A DNA stretch of 63,939 bases, counting the filler, from Polymyxa betae A26-41 (taxonomy: Eukaryota > Protista > Endomyxa: Phytomyxea): the NCBI GenBank assembly GCA_003693705.1. It is 9 parts of 9 records of this genome, joined end to end, with 100 filler letters (N's around TTAATTAATTAA, not from the genome) between each part and the next. Parts side by side here need not be neighbours in the genome. Positions count along the whole stretch, not along the records: positions 48,119 to 52,255 come from RBZT01000065.1; positions 52,356 to 57,281 come from RBZT01000891.1; positions 57,382 to 61,280 come from RBZT01000007.1; positions 61,381 to 63,939 come from RBZT01000037.1; 5 more parts are not named here. One strand, given 5' to 3'. Below, in pieces: positions 51,651 through 62,600 of this stretch (its first letter is position 1; each line of letters begins with the position of its first letter). The notes below the pieces were generated by a model, which saw only the letters and a list, made by a program, of their open reading frames with translations, searched no databases and was not told the DNA's origin. Position numbers and translations under genes: made by a program.

Positions 51651-52355
51651 CGCGAACCAGAATTACGCAAACAAACAAAAGATTGGTATAAACATGGTGA
51701 ATATTCACAAAGTGGAAAAACATTCATTATGCAGGCGAAAAATAAAAAACAAATAACAAAGTTATGTAACATTACTAGATGTCTGATAGCTCAACATCAG
51801 TAAATTAACAAGATTCTGTCGTCGAGCAGTGTTAGCTTCGGAATCAGGGCCTACTGTGCTACTGGATGGTTCGCCTTGAACGTTGTTTGTGATCTTTGAT
51901 TGTTCCGATTCCGCTATATGATCCTGTATGTATCAATAAGCTGCTTTCGAGTGTGACGAATTATTGCAATCAAGTTACATTTGGAGTGACATCAACAATC
52001 TGGGAAGCCTCCTCACGGTCTGCTTTCATATCAGAACATGACATCATGACAGCACTAGCATTAAGAGCCTTTTTCGAGCGAGTCTTTTTGCGCTTCTGAC
52101 TTTTCGTGAGAGTCTGAAATCAAGTTAATGACACAAAACATTGACCTGGCAAGTAATGTTACCAAGGAACCTTTTGTAGCCAATGTTGGGCTTGAGTCGC
52201 ATATCAGATCTGTCTCCTCACTGCATATTGAAACAGAAAGGCAATTTTGCGAAGANNNNNNNNNNNNNNNNNNNNNNNNNNNNNNNNNNNNNNNNNNNNT
52301 TAATTAATTAANNNNNNNNNNNNNNNNNNNNNNNNNNNNNNNNNNNNNNNNNNNN

Positions 52356-52925
52356 TCCCATAAAGGATATTGAGGAGGGTAACTCGGGTGGGAATCTTCA
52401 TAAGTTTTATATCCAGTCGGGAATTGAATATTTTCTCGTTTTGGGAACTGAAGGAATAGTTCATCTATTAAATCGAGGAGAACTCTTAGTCGAAGTTCTG
52501 GAGACAGTTTACAGGATAGAATGACGTGACTCACATTATAACGATCCCGCATCCATCGATCTGTACCATTAACATTTTCATCTTCAATTTCATACTCACG
52601 ATCAGAATCATTATCTTCGGAAATATCTTCGTGGTCTGATTTATGATCGGAAATATCTTCATGATCCTAATTATGATCTTCAAATTCAGGATCTGGATTC
52701 ATGAGAAGAGATGAAGCACATAACAGAACGTATTCTCGAAAGAATTCAAATTGATGATTCTCCAGAGCGGTCCAAATCACGTCGCAGTCATAGAACATTC
52801 CTCCAAATTTCAACTTGAACATCTGTAGCCACTCCATATCACCAGATCGTGCGGCCTCCTCCCTTCTGTCATAAGACTCCAACTCATCATATTCATCTCT
52901 ATTCACACCTTCTGGGAACATACAG
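52356..52925 (-). pseudogene. Acidic, weakly ankyrin-like ORF interrupted by one in-frame stop
   Basis: EEAARSGDMEWLQ...TALENHQFEF. TAG at 52667-52669 sits within a D/E/H-rich repeat, and the frame continues to the contig end. Confidence 0.35.
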
Positions 52926-53932
52926 CCTATAGATAGTGTAATAACGCAGATCAAGACAGAATAGATGGCCAGAATACAACCAAAGACAGGTTGTATGTTA
53001 TCTCCCCGCTGGGAGAACGGGCTGCGCTGCCCCGCGGGGAGAGAAGGCTGCGCATCCCCGCAAAAATTCTTGTCTAGGTAGGGAGGGGTTCCTGAATACT
53101 GTATAGAGAGGAGTTCGTTTCCTGATACATCACACAAGGCGGTTCCCGTTTCTAGGCTCGCGTGCTTGCAGGCTCGTGGTTCGTCACAGACGAGGCCGCA
53201 GGCTCAGGAGGTTGCAGGATCGTCACTTATCTCTCTATTAGTTAATAAATGGGTTAGGAAAAGGAAGTGGATATGATTTATTTATGTACCCGTTAAAGTT
53301 AAATAAAAAGTTAAATTTTGAAAACACTCCGCACACAAGGAGTGTCATGGCCGGCGTATTGCGTCGTTCCGTTACGACCGGATCTCTTTAGCCACAAACT
53401 AGGTTCCGTAGGAAAGCTCTTGGAAAGTGCAATAGATTGATATTATGCACGGCCGCTAACTCGATTAAACAAGGTCAATGGTTGGCCGGAATCCGAGGTT
53501 CTGCGTAAGTACGACGAGGCCCAAAATTCGCATATCCGTGACGTTGGGGCGTCGGAAAATCGGCTTACCACATCTAGTTTGGGATTGAAGCCGATGTTGC
53601 TTGAATGGTGACATGATATATATCGTTGGAATCAGCGAATTCAGCGTGAGAAGAGCAAATGAATGGTGCAATCGCGGACGTTGTTGCACTTATTGGTGGT
53701 TCGCTGTCTTGGCTAAAAGAAGCTTAATCCAAAAAGTGGATTCTGTGGATACTGTGTTATTGGAAATTGGAATTCCATTCGAAAGCGTTATTGCGCTACT
53801 GGACGGTTCCTGAAATTCAATCTAGGAATTCCTAGACTAAATTTCTGTTACTCGAAGATTTTGGTTTAGGCAGCCCTAAACGCCTATCGGTCCCGGAAAT
53901 ACATTTTCTCTAAATTTTTTATTAGGGTCATT

Positions 53933-55174
53933 TTATTCATAATGCGGGAGATTGAAGATTGCTTCTGCCTCCTTTTCCAGCTCGGGCATATAAACGTTGC
54001 GGATTTGGTTTATGCCAACCATCCTGGTCCGCGCGTTGTGCAGCGCTGATATCATACGCATCACAATTCGTTGGTGACCCCGTTCTTCATAAGGAAAACG
54101 GGCCTTGAGGCGAGGGAATCCGCCTTGCATTGCCCGCATTCCCCACTCTGCTGGCTGTCGAGCACTAGTGAGTTGCTGCTCGAATCCGAGCTCTTGTTCA
54201 TTCTGTGGTCCATCTTCGTTCGCCTTCGAGGCACGAGCAATTGAGCAATAACCGCCTTGGGGAAATGCGGAATCGGCGATCACTTTAGCTCCGAACTGTT
54301 CGTACATCGCGTTGAACATTTCATAGAGCCCGCCTGCTTTCGCAATTTCTGCATCATGCCAACTCCATAAATGAGAATAAAATCAATTACCTGAAATTCA
54401 TGTACGTAAGCATCGGAAACCTGGAGCATTCAGAATCCGGAATGCTATGCAGCCGTCCGGGGTGAAAACGAACAGGTTTCCAATATAGCAGTCGGCCGTC
54501 CAACCGTTGTAGTACGCGTTCTGTATCAAGCAATCACCGCATTCAGAAAGGTAAAGTTTAAGGCCATCAACTACCGCCCAGAAATTATCAAGCAAATTGT
54601 GCCTCTCCCTACTCGCTTCGATGAATTGTGGCATTGTCGCAGCATCTGGAACGACGATGCGTGCCTCGACCACCTTGACGAGGACATTATCGAGGATGTG
54701 AATACCAAATTTTAGCCAGGTTTCACATACCGATGACCTGACCCCGAAAATCATTGTCAATACCCAGATTGGGCATCTATGCATGCACAGTATCAGCATC
54801 ATCGAGGAGAAGCAATCAGACCCACAGTAATACCTAGTTCGGCACCAGAGAAACACCAATCCTAGATTGTCTTCGCATCGCATTAAACGACGACGACCCT
54901 GGTTGCTACGTCGAGCTCGGATGAAACCATCTTTTGAATGCGGCGTATACAGCAGATATTCAGGTTCGAATCGCTTGAATATTTGCCGGAACGCGATGTG
55001 ATCAAACCCGGTCGCCACAAGCAAAGCTGAGTCGTGACCACTGCCCCACAGCATTCTCCATGGAGAATTAGCAGGCCATAGCAACGATGCTCGGGGAATC
55101 TTGTTGTGTGTCGACATATTCCTGACTACGTGGCGGCGACGACGCTGCTTGATCATAAAAATAAGCCACAACAT
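53933..55174 (-). CDS. Harbinger-type DDE_Tnp_4 transposase with 2 predicted introns
   Basis: WAVVDGL, QNAYYNGW, NAPG|SWHD, VIADSAF and TSARQPAEWGM give a complete D-D-E triad. The second intron ends in AT rather than AG. Confidence 0.85.
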
Positions 55175-55383
55175 CGCTGATTGATAATAAAAAGCAGTTT
55201 ATTTAAACGTCCGGGATTCAGTCGTGGCTAGCTCACACCCTGAGACAGTCGACAGAACATTCGTTGCCCGCGCTTTTCTGACTGAAAGCTACCGCAAGAA
55301 GATATTTTCTCCAAAGACGCCAGGTTCAGAGTGCAGCATTGGGTCACGAGGAATCACTCTTGTAATCGTCGCGTTGATCAAGT

Positions 55384-56117
55384 ATGGCTGATCTCAAAGA
55401 CGTTAAAGTGAAGAAGCGGCGTGCTCCTGGAGCTGTGAATTTTTCAATTGAAAATCTAAACACGCTGAACATGTTCTGTATGAAATATAAACCGATTGGA
55501 GCAGAAGAGTGGGAACTAGTCGCTATGGAATATCACAAAGCCACCGGCCAGTCTCGTTCTGGAGAAGCCCTCAAGAAAAATTTAGAGAGCTTCGTGACAA
55601 AAAGGTGCCTACTGGAGACCCCAACTGTCCCCCTCACATCCGCGATGCGAAAAGGATCCACAGGATGGTAAACGAGCGAGTGATGCTAGACATCTCCATG
55701 CCAGAGCAGGAGGCTGCATGCGAAGAGGACCAGCCAGCAGGCAGCTTCAATACTTGCTCATACGAGAGCGACAGCGATGAGAAGTTCGTCCATTCAGCAG
55801 GAACGCCATCCGCCTTAAAACGAGACAAGAAACCTTTATCACGTACCGGCTGTGCTGGTCAGATAAGAACTCCAAGCAAAGGGGTGTCAGAGCTGCCACT
55901 GCGCATGAAGCGCAAGCTGCCTGATAACGGCGACGGTGAGGACCGTATTCTCACGCTAATGAAAATGGAGGCGGATGAACGCCGTGAAGCAGAAGCCCGG
56001 CGAGAAGAACGCCGGGTAGCCCAAGCCGTTCTCGACCGAGAGGAGCGTCGTGAGGAAGCAAAACAACGGCACGCAGAATTCATGGCGCTGCTGACTGTCC
56101 TGATAAAAATGGATTAG
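55384..56117 (+). CDS. Transposon accessory Myb/SANT-like protein (DUF6818-like) with one frameshift at an A-run near 55578
   Basis: PIGAEEWELVAMEY...RSGEALKK/KFRELRDKKVPTGDPNCPPHIRDAKRI, followed by a C-terminal E/R coiled coil. Confidence 0.75.
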
Positions 56118-57451
56118 GTCCTGGGGCGGTACATTATGGTTTTTTTAATAAAATCACTGGGTTGTATGTTTTTATTCCTAAAATAGAAACCTAGAAAGGG
56201 TCCTTGGGGCCGATTCTAGATCCTAAATTTACGACGACTCGGTCCAAATTTTTATACTGTGAGACTGCCTGCGAGGTTGCTCCGATTTTATCTAGGAATT
56301 CCTAGATTGAATTTCAGGAACCGTCCACTAAGAGAGATAGACACAAGAGATTGAACAGATGATACCTCGCTTTGAATTCGATAGAAATGTAAATGGGATT
56401 TTTCTAGAAGGCATTCCGCTTCGGCCGATTCGTTGGCCAATGGTAGTCGGTATGAGGTCGTACGTCTAATTCATCACATCGGCTGGTTTTGAACTTTAGC
56501 TTTGATCACAGATTTGTGTGATGATTCGGGAATGATCACGCATACTCTGAAAATCTGACAAATTCATGTTAGGGGGGAGACAATCGATTCCAAAAACAAG
56601 AATAAATCTTCGTGTTTTAGCCTCGGTAGCAAGAATATAACAATCAGCATTAATGTGTGAGCGATAACAATTATTAGCTACTTCAGAAATGACGAGATTA
56701 TCGTCAGCCAGAAGGCCACCAACAGCGTATTGAACGCCAGGAAAGACCGCACATTGCAAATCCTATGTCCGTGATATTTCACCGTGGAATCGCGTTTCAA
56801 GGATCTTCTCGGAGTTCGGACAAGCAGCCACTTGAATGAGGGCATTATAAATTCGAATATTTCTGCAAATTTCATGAAATGGCCGAATATCGTCGTCTGT
56901 TAATCCCAGTTTGATAGCGAAATCCGATAAAGAATCCGATGTTCGAAGTTCCCTGATAGGATCAGATACTTTCGATGCCGAAGATTCAACGATAAGACGG
57001 CGATCAAAAGTTGAACAATCAACGAGATCCTATTCCGGCATGTTCGGAAGTAAAATTGCACGATGTCGGGCTCGGTGATCTTCTAACGACAAAGCGAACG
57101 GATTCTCATCTGACATCGCTGTCAGTATCCGGATTACGAACAGATGGAGCAGAGGTCCATAAACTTGCAGAAGGTAAACCAGACGACATCTCCAAACCAA
57201 CAATGAGCAGATGTGATTTTTCTCCACGCTTGGAAAACGCACAATTTCTCAACGCGGGTTGCGCCCACTGGCGAGATGGCGNNNNNNNNNNNNNNNNNNN
57301 NNNNNNNNNNNNNNNNNNNNNNNNNTTAATTAATTAANNNNNNNNNNNNNNNNNNNNNNNNNNNNNNNNNNNNNNNNNNNNACGGCCCCCAGCCGAGTGT
57401 AGGGCGGCGGACCTCGGCGGTCGTCGGGCGTTCTTGAGTGATGGTTGGTCT

Positions 57452-57985
57452 TCAGCCGGGGTTGCCCGCGAGCGGGCGCGGGATCAGGTCTTCGATGCGG
57501 GCCTGCATCGCTTGGAGAAGCGGCTTCAGGGATGATATGATTGCGAGGCTGGCCGCGCAGCGGGGATTAGAGGGGCGGCAACTCCATTCCAGCCGGTTAG
57601 GGCGGATGGAGGCGAGACGAGACAGGACGGGAGCGGAGTCTGGAAGGTGAGAGTGGAGCGGATCGGAGCCGCTAGTGTCATGCGGCCCTGCGAGATCGTC
57701 GATGATCGGGAGAGAGAGGAGATGGTCGATCATCGGCGGGATCTGGTCGGCGGCGCCGGTGCAGTGCATGAGGTGGTCGCGGGTGAGAGGCCATCGATTC
57801 CCGTCCGGGGCGGGGGGACAGGTAGGGCAGACCGGATGGCCAGGGACCCAGATTCCGGATAAGTAGCGGCCCCAAAGATGGTTGGCAGACGGATCGTGAA
57901 GTCGCAGCGACCAATGACACAGACGCGGGTCATTCGTCAATTCGGCGGCGGTGCGGCGAGTGCGGATCAGCCGATTCCAGCATGA
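57452..57985 (-). pseudogene. GC-rich non-LTR retrotransposon C-terminal fragment (CCHC-like)
   Basis: CPTC...LTRDHLMHC zinc motif, typical of LINE ORF2 C-termini. Confidence 0.45.
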
Positions 57986-58711
57986 CCGGAGCGCTTGAGA
58001 CGGGCATGCGGGACGACAACAAACTTGTCGCAGCGTCTTTTTGTCTGGGGATTCAGGAACCTTTGTTCAAGCAGCTGGTGTGGATCACCTCATTTCGTTT
58101 GCAGGTTTTGCATCATCTTGCAACAACTGATCTGAGATCATGCTTGTTCGTCTTGGCTGAGCAGACCCAACGTTCAGGCGTCAGACTTGCGCTATGAGAG
58201 CATTGTTTGCCGAGTTTCTCGAGATTACCTCACTTATTTTTGAATCCGGACATCAGCATAAGCGTCGGGTTATAATCGCACGAGTTCGTGGACGCTGTTG
58301 ACTTTCATACTCTCAAAATCTGGCGGAAGCTTCAGATGGCAATCGAACAGAGGCGATTCAACAGGGAATGCTGAGACCAGTCCGTGACATTGTGCTTTCT
58401 CTGTTTCGCAATGGAATCACGTCAAGGAAGGACATGACGTTTGTTTTTGCGCATTCTCAAAAAAAAAACGTGGAGGTAGACTTCCGCTCGTTAACTTCTA
58501 GAAAGTTCTATCATCATACGATTCGTAATGATAGCTTTGATGAATTCTCACATGGTTCATCGCCTGTTGCAACATGAAATTCGTGACTGACAACCGGCCC
58601 GTTGGCGCGCAGGCTGTCAGTCACGAATTGATTGATTGAACTTGGATGTCTTCTTTCGTCTAGGAAGTTCTGACCCAAAACAGATTCAGAGTCCCATAAT
58701 CAAAAAACAAA

Positions 58712-58850
58712 ATGGGCAAACAAGATGAGCTCGCAGAGAAATTTGATGGCAAAACCTTTAATTGCTGGGCGCACAGGACGGCCAACTTACTGGTGGAGAA
58801 AGACCTGGATGAAGTCGTGGACACTGATCCGACCATACTAGCGCTGAGCA
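58712..58850 (+). pseudogene. Copia gag N-terminal remnant
   Basis: My translation reads MGKQDELAEKFDGKTFNCWAHRTANLLVEKDLDEVV, with a KFDGxxFxxW motif. Confidence 0.5.
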
Positions 58851-59645
58851 CAGAGCCCCCACTGCGACGACTGAGCGCCTAGCCAGGAGCATTACTAAGC
58901 GAGCAGATCTTTACTGGCTTTTGCTGCCGTTTTGACGGTTTATCTGGGAACTATGAAATGTCGTGCCGTTCTAGATTCTTTAAAACCGAAACAAATGATA
59001 TCAAGTTTATTCTGTCTCAAGATTACAATGTGGCGCATGCCATTATCGTTGCCCATTTTCGGCCGAATCTGACATTCAATACTCAACCAATTTCCTAATT
59101 GGGTTGTTAAATTGAAACCAGCGTTTGATGCACAGCAAGACAGATTTTCTAGGATGATTGAAGAGAACTTTGGAACAGAAGTTCGCCGAATTCACAGGAA
59201 CGCCATTGCTCGACAGCGTATCCGGATTTCAATTTTGTATACGTCAATGAGCCAGATCATGCAGAACGGACAGCGCAGGGTCAATATACACAGCATCTTC
59301 GTTAATTCAGGCTGCAGTGGCTATGTGGCACCAGACAACACCAGCGCATGTCTTTGCTCCACATTTATGGACCGTTGCAAATTAAACGGAAGAAAAGAAT
59401 TTTGATTGTCGAGGACCCCAGATTTCCACTACGACGACCTCTCTGTCGTGACCCAGATTGCACGTTTAGCTGGTCAGTTTTATGCACATTTTCATATTTC
59501 GATAGCAATACAACCCTCTCTCAGGCCATCTCCTCATGTTTGATTCGTTTATGGAACATCAAGCGGATCCCAGGGGTCGTGGCACCATTCGGTTATCCAT
59601 CGACGCGCGCGTTGTGAGGGATCGCGGACGCCGCAGACTAAGAGC

Positions 59646-60542
59646 ATGTACAATGAAGACGGTGCCGCAAGCTCAGGTTGCGGCTTGTGCAATGGTTTCG
59701 AAATGGATTGCCCACCGGAATGTGGCGACGGTTGCTGGAACAATATTTTGACATCGCGGCGATTTCCGAAGACATTCGTTCGGGAGACTGGAGTCTCTGG
59801 CAAAGGTGTCTTTGCAGTTGGAGATATTGCTGAGGGAACATACATTGCCCGAATATACCGGAAGGGTACGCAGTACTGCAGGCGAAATGGATTCCCAACT
59901 CAGCCCCTTACAGAGAATTTCGTGGAATAAATTCGTGAACAACGAAGGATATAAAAGCGGATTATGGGAAGCATCAGGCTAATCCAGGTGGCCCAGGTTC
60001 ATATTGATTTGGATCACGAACTCCGCTCCGAGTGGTTGCAGCTCGTCGATGGGGCAAATTTCCACTCAATGGCGACTCTATCATTCTCACCATCGCCGGG
60101 AACTTCTGGGTTCGTTCGGAGTTGTTTTTTGATAACCGGGTGCTCGGAGACAACTTTCCACTGGCGCGTTCGAGCCCAGAACTGTCCCGGAAGTTGAAAG
60201 TCCGTAGAGAACGAGCCGGACTTTGAAAGATCTTCGTATCAACCAAACTGGAGCGTCTTGTATACAATCAGCCATGCTCTTTCGAGTCAGATTGCGATCG
60301 CGGCACAGAAAACACGAGGCGAGACGTCATACCCTCTGGCAGCCTATATGAACCATAGCTGCATTCCCAATTGCGAGATGGTACCATTGAAGCCGTATGA
60401 TCCGGGTGCATCTGACTCAACAAAGAGGCCGAGGTCATCAGGCGACAGCTCCGCGAGGCTGCTTATCAAGGCCCTGGGGCTGATTCGTGCTGGTGAAGAG
60501 ATCACTTGGCGCTATTTTACAATAGCATGGGACACGCCATGA
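59646..60542 (+). pseudogene. SET-domain lysine methyltransferase (Cys-rich pre-SET + SET), disrupted
   Basis: DCPPECGDGCWNN, GKGVFAVGDIAEGTYIA(E)YTG with a +1 frameshift, AAYMNHSCIPNC and IRAGEEITWRY. Confidence 0.75.
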
Positions 60543-61420
60543 CTTTGCATCACAGAGCTTGGCGAAGATGGCGACGAACAGATATTGGGAAGTTTCAGGG
60601 GAAGGCGAATTATTAATAAAATAAACAAACAGTTTCTGAATTAATGGTTCGTTGAGTCCGCAACCGGGTTTGCACGCAGCGGCCACTTTGTGTGGTCCGT
60701 GTCAGCATCATGGCTCCATTCGATCGTCTGCAGTATTTGATCCAATTTGTCTTGAAAATGTGCAAAAGCTGCATTGGCTGCGCCCTGTAACATTATGACA
60801 CTATATCGAGATGCTGATATCGTTTGCCATATTGACGATCTCTCTCTGAGCTCGGGAGGAGCAGGAATGTAATGCCATAACCAGCTGGATTCTGGCGGTT
60901 GAGCAGCGACAGCCAATCCCATTGCGCACAAATAGGATTATCCAGATTACGACGTTGCAAATTCCGGACATCTTCAAGCCGACAGAGTTTGATAGGCTTA
61001 GCCACTAACGAATTTTGCGTTGGCAAGGGTCAAGAGGCAGGATTAGTTTAATGGGTGCTGTTTACTAAATAAATTAGAAGCATCAATATAACGGATTTGC
61101 AGTCTACATTACAGTCAGGAGTGATTCGGGTTCGTCATTAACTCGGGTCTCGCACTTTTTTTAAGGGTTACGCAGATTGTTCATTGGGGTGTCTCTGGAC
61201 AGACCTTTTGAAAAAGACCGAAATAAATGTCCGCCACGGGCTGTGGGTCAAGGTCGTCCAGTCGTTCGGCCCAATCTTGANNNNNNNNNNNNNNNNNNNN
61301 NNNNNNNNNNNNNNNNNNNNNNNNTTAATTAATTAANNNNNNNNNNNNNNNNNNNNNNNNNNNNNNNNNNNNNNNNNNNNATTGAATAACAAATAAATTT
61401 TGAAACTTGTTCAAGTGATG

Positions 61421-61681
61421 TCATACCCATTGGCCATAGTTGATATATTGGTTAGATTGCAGATATGGATTATATTCTGGGTGCATGTATTCGGGGTAAT
61501 ACCAAGATGTACTTTCATCATTCATGGTGGAGTAATACAATCCTGATCCATGATGGCAGATGTTGACCTGAGACGAACCATGTCTGGGTCGGTAGGCAGA
61601 AGGAGGACGACGATCAGGGACCGAATGGACAGCAGCGATTAGGAGAGAGAGTGACAGAAACGTCAACATTAACGACTGCAT
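61421..61681 (-). CDS. Small secreted Tyr-rich protein (effector candidate)
   Basis: Signal-like MQSLMLTFLSLSLLIAAVHS, followed by a ~66-aa mature region rich in Y/P/N. Confidence 0.5.
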   Translation of the reverse strand: MQSLMLTFLSLSLLIAAVHSVPDRRPPSAYRPRHGSSQVNICHHGSGLYYSTMNDESTSWYYPEYMHPEYNPYLQSNQYINYGQWV

Positions 61682-61796
61682 TATTAGCAAACACAAAATA
61701 TCTGAGAAACAGCTCGATAGTTCCACGCATCATTTCTACGGATCGGGCTTTTTAGCGGGATGAGCAGTGATGAGCGGATGGCTCTGTTGGAACTTT

Positions 61797-62061
61797 CTAG
61801 CGGTGCGCCGAGCAGCAGGCTGCGCCCTAGGAGGCTCACGGAGTTTGGTCGGGACATGGATGATTTTGGAAGTCAGGATTTCAATCCATTGAAAAAAGAA
61901 TCACCTGCATGAAACTCAAACTCTTGCCGCTGATTTGAATTTTGTTTCGGTAGGTGGCATAAATCTGAAAAGCCCCTAAAAAGCCCCAACATAAAATACC
62001 ACCGGCAGCCACTTTAGGCGCAGCCTCCTTGGGCGCAGCCTGCTGCTCGGCGCACCGCTAG
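61797..62061. mobile_element. MITE of ~265 bp with ~40-bp TIRs at a CTAG/TA site
   Basis: CTAGCGGTGCGCCGAGCAGCAGGCTGCGCCCTAGGAGGCT matches the reverse complement at 62022-62061 with one mismatch. No ORF. Confidence 0.88.
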
Positions 62062-62099
62062 ATTTACCTACGGTAGATCCCTTTCCAGCATTACCTAGG

Positions 62100-62600
62100 T
62101 TCCTCAGTCAGCTCCGTGGCGCTTCGCCGTAGCGGACTTTGGAACATTCCAAATGGCAGTCTCCTAGTTCTACAATTGTTGGAATATTATAAACAGTTCG
62201 CAATCCAAGCCGTCGTCTCGTCAGCGTTTTCGAGTAGATTAGAGTGCAATTTCTAAAGGTTATGCGCCCACTCGACGGCGATAAGATTCATGAGCCTGGA
62301 GGGGCTCTGCGATACGCAACTGCGTCCGTTCCAAATACCAGTGCTGTCCGTATGTATTCGTCTTCAGGTTTTTAGGTCTGTATTAGCTGTAGATTGTTTA
62401 AAATTTTTAATACTCCTGCAGAGGGCACTTAGTGAAGACATGCCCTTCTGCACTACATGTGACGCAATGCTGCCAATTAGTTTTGTCATTCAAGCATTTC
62501 TGAGTGGTATGACCTTGACCACACAGGCCAAAGCGGAGATTTTCCCATTTGTTTTTGTTTGCGCATTCAATAGTTTTGCGTGTGCGGCATATATTCGAGG
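62100..62600 (-). pseudogene. Degenerate LINE ORF1 zinc knuckles and possible endonuclease start
   Basis: My translation gives LCGQGHTTQKC...HCVTCSAEGHVFTKC, with IWNV downstream and many stops. Confidence 0.5.

Larger units (their letters stand above)
53801..56326 (-). mobile_element. Full-length PHIS (PIF/Harbinger-like) DNA transposon, perfect 36-bp TIRs, ACT target-site duplication
   Basis: GGACGGTTCCTGAAATTCAATCTAGGAATTCCTAGA (53801-53836) has its exact reverse complement at 56291-56326. ACT lies at 53798-53800 and 56327-56329. Two divergent genes inside. Confidence 0.95.

Noticed and set aside
4666-61380. Recurrent TTAATTAATTAA motif within N runs
   Set aside because: Artificial concatenation linker. 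Apparent neighbourhoods across it, and ORFs ending in 'LIN', are artefacts.
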